A stretch of DNA of 64,000 bases. Origin: Camelus dromedarius. Lineage: Eukaryota. The stretch lies in assembly GCF_036321535.1 (NCBI RefSeq), contig NC_087437.1, positions 54,996,001 to 55,060,000 of the forward strand. Reading direction: 5' to 3'. The position numbers and the translations under genes were made by a program. Below the pieces are notes generated by a model. The model was given only the letters and a program-made list of their open reading frames with translations. It did not search any database and was not told the origin of the DNA. Positions within the stretch are counted from its first letter, which is position 1, and every line of letters starts with the position of its first letter. Positions 61,671 through 64,000 of the stretch are shown in pieces.

Positions 61671-62679
61671 AGAAACCATTTGTAGAATGCTGGAGCAAGC
61701 AGTTGTATTGACTGGGGCTATTGAAAAGAGATTGATTATATAGGAGATTTGAGAAATGTTAATAATAATGGGACAGAATATTGGAGTTCACTGGAACTTA
61801 AAAATCTAACCACCACCTCCCCTATCATACATTTTCATTTTCAAGCAAGGAAACTATGATTTATACATGACGGGTCCAGATCACTTAGTAGGGGAATAAT
61901 AGAGCTGGGACTTATAGCTCAGATCTGGCAAGCACCCAGGATATTCTTTTGAAACAAGGCTAGAATAAGTGACATAAACATACTACCTCCCAGACACATG
62001 ATTGTGAGTAGGCAGTCTCCCACCCCACAGCACACCACCCCATATATTTGTTACCAAGTAGCAACTTAAGAGGGGAAAATGATGACTTCCAGCTATGGTG
62101 GTTCTGCACAGCTGAATCAGAAGCCCAAGTAAGGAGAGAAGACAAGTCTTACTCAGTTCTGCACTTGGTAAAAGACTTCATGAGTGAAGTTCAGGCAGCC
62201 AGGTGATGAGCCGCCTAAAAGGAAGTGGTAGCTGAGCTGGCTGACTTTCCCACGACAGGGAGAGGAGTAGAGAGGATGAAATGCTGGGAGTCCTGCACTT
62301 CAGCCATAGAAGGAGATGAGGCAGGAGCCAAATGGTAGGGCGGGAGGCGCGGGGATTCCTTCCTCCAGCTATGTGGCTGGGATACGTGAGTGAATTCAGA
62401 GCTTTGAGTGTGTTCTGAGCTGAGTGCTTGCTGGAATGTGGACTGTAAATCTCTCTCATCAGCCTTTTCCTCACTGACCTGCAAACAACCCCTGTTCCTC
62501 CCATCTGCTTCCCCACCACCTGCTCTCAGTGTTTCTTTATCTACACAACTTTTTCCATTCTCCTCCTTTCCTCTCCGTCTACCTTTTCATGGTGAATCTC
62601 GTTCTTCTCCCAAATGTTTCCATCCGGCCACCTCTTCCCCAGCTATGAGACCCACAGTAGCATAATGTGATCTCTTAAC

Positions 62680-62935
62680 ATGTATTCGTTTATCTGCTCG
62701 ACAATTATTACTGAGGCCAGTCTCGGTCCCGGGTGCTGTTCTAGTCGTTGAGAGGATACGATGGTGAGCACAACAGTGAGCAAAAGAGACAAAAACCCTG
62801 CCTCTAGGGAGCTTCCACTCATAGGGAGAGATAACAAACCAAACAGTCATAAGTTACACAGAATACTGGGGAGCCAATAAGTGCTAAGAGAAAAATAAAC
62901 CAGGAGGGAAGAGGGAGAACTGGAAGAGAAGGGAC
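62680..62935 (-). mobile_element. L2 3' end
   Basis: attattactgaggcc..gtgctgttctag..gtgagcaaaagagacaaaaaccctgcctctagggagcttccactc. Confidence 0.7.
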
Positions 62936-62949
62936 AACAGGTCTCAGCA

Positions 62950-63180
62950 CCGAGTCAGACAACTTGGGCTGGGGGTGATCACAGCTCCATCTGTCCCAGT
63001 GATGTGACCAGGAAGGTTAACTGACCTCTCTGGGCCTCAGGGTCCTTGTCTTCGTATCGGGGCTCATAAGAGAAATGGGTATCTTCTTGGGTTGCTGTGG
63101 GGATTACATGAGATGATACTTGTTAGGTGCTCAACACAGGGCCCGGTCCCCTGTAAACACTTAATGATTGTTAGTTTGCG
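62950..63180 (+). mobile_element. MIR SINE
   Basis: gagtcagacaacttgggc..tgtgaccaggaaggttaactgacctctctgggcctcag..gttgctgtggggattacatgagatgatac. Confidence 0.7.
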
Positions 63181-63789
63181 TTAGTATGAATGTGATATTG
63201 GCTATTGTATAACATATAAACATCATGCATTGTGTGTATGTTGTGTGCATGGTATTGCTATCTCACTTTGTGCCTGTAATATTCTATTGTTTTCAAAATA
63301 CCTGTATTTTTGTCTGTGTCTCTTTCTCCCCCTGGGCTGAACCTTGGAAGACAATGACCACCTCTTTTGACACCTCTCTCCCCCGTAGTGCCCTGCACAT
63401 CGAGGATTCTGTGTCTGCTTGCTAAATTAGAAACAAATGGGATATCCCTTTCCTAGACACAATGATCTTTTGTTGAAGCCAGTTTTTAGAATCCTTCCCT
63501 AATTCTCGCTGTTCTCATATCACATCTAAACAGGAGCTGCATTCTCTCCCTACCTTTAACCACCATTCCTCCCCACCTCTTACAGAATGCCAAACTCATG
63601 ATCTGGGTCTCACTGACTCATGCACCCCTCTGCTCCTTCACAGAAGCTTCTCGAAGATCATTTTACTATGAATCTAGCCAGTTCCTGTAGTCTCATTCCA
63701 CCTTCACCCAGTCCTAACCATTTCTGTCTGTTGGGAGTCACTCACTTCCCTGCCAAAACCCATATGCATGCCCTATACCTCTAGTAATA

Positions 63790-64000
63790 ATGTTTTCTAC
63801 AGCTGCTTGACATTTTCTAGTAGAAGACCAATTTCATACATTTTCTCATTTGACGCTAAAAACAACTGTATGAGGTACAGACTTCAGATATTATCAGCTG
63901 CTTGTTTCTGATAAGAAAACAGAAGCTCAGAGAGGTGAATGCAAGTACACGTGGCTAAACATGGCAGAGTCACACCCGAATTCCTATCATCTGGAGCAAT
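63790..64000 (-). mobile_element. MIR SINE
   Basis: ctcatttgacgctaaaaacaactgtatgaggta..gataagaaaacagaagctcagagaggtgaatgc. Confidence 0.65.

Larger units (their letters stand above)
4027..64000 (+). other. LPP: 5' part of the long LPP intron between the LIM1 exon and the LIM2 exon (>59.9 kb)
   Basis: Begins GTAAGT. No LIM2-like translation (NTLEQC..CSKPIMERILRATGKAYHPHCF) is seen in the ORF track or by eye; repeat-rich intronic composition. Confidence 0.85.

Noticed and set aside
63985..64000. ctggagca at the window end resembling the start of the LIM2 exon (NTLEQC)
   Set aside because: No acceptor or AATACT start; it is part of an antisense MIR.
1..64000. About 14 TGA(C/G)TCA AP-1 heptamers counted by eye; also searched for SRF CArG boxes because LPP is a smooth-muscle SRF target
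   Set aside because: Roughly 8 heptamers are expected by chance, so the excess is weak; I saw no perfect CC(A/T)6GG, though a manual scan can miss sites.
1..64000. CRISPR arrays, operons, prokaryotic or viral systems, intact retroviral or transposase genes
   Set aside because: The sequence is a mammalian intron; no repeat-spacer arrays or long intact ORFs are present, and the remaining short ORFs look like chance or repeat-derived frames.

Overview
Mammalian genomic DNA, most likely from a camelid (alpaca/camel lineage), judged from three tRNA-derived SINEs that resemble the Tylopoda-specific Vic-1 family. The only protein-coding sequence I can support is one 170-nt internal exon (3857-4026, + strand) encoding the first LIM domain of the zyxin-family protein LPP. 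The remaining ~60 kb is the very long intron that follows it; the LIM2 exon is not reached. The intron is dominated by decayed interspersed repeats (L1, L2, L3/CR1, MIR, MaLR LTRs, hAT and Tigger DNA transposons) and microsatellites, with some unique segments that may be regulatory. I found no convincing novel biological system. The items most worth a second look are a miR-28-like inverted L2 pair, an inverted SINE pair, an L1 with a twin-priming 5' inversion, strong non-B-DNA tracts, candidate cryptic/recursive splice sites and a few motif clusters. Repeat family names come from visual recognition of consensus sequences, and repeat boundaries are approximate unless a TSD is given.
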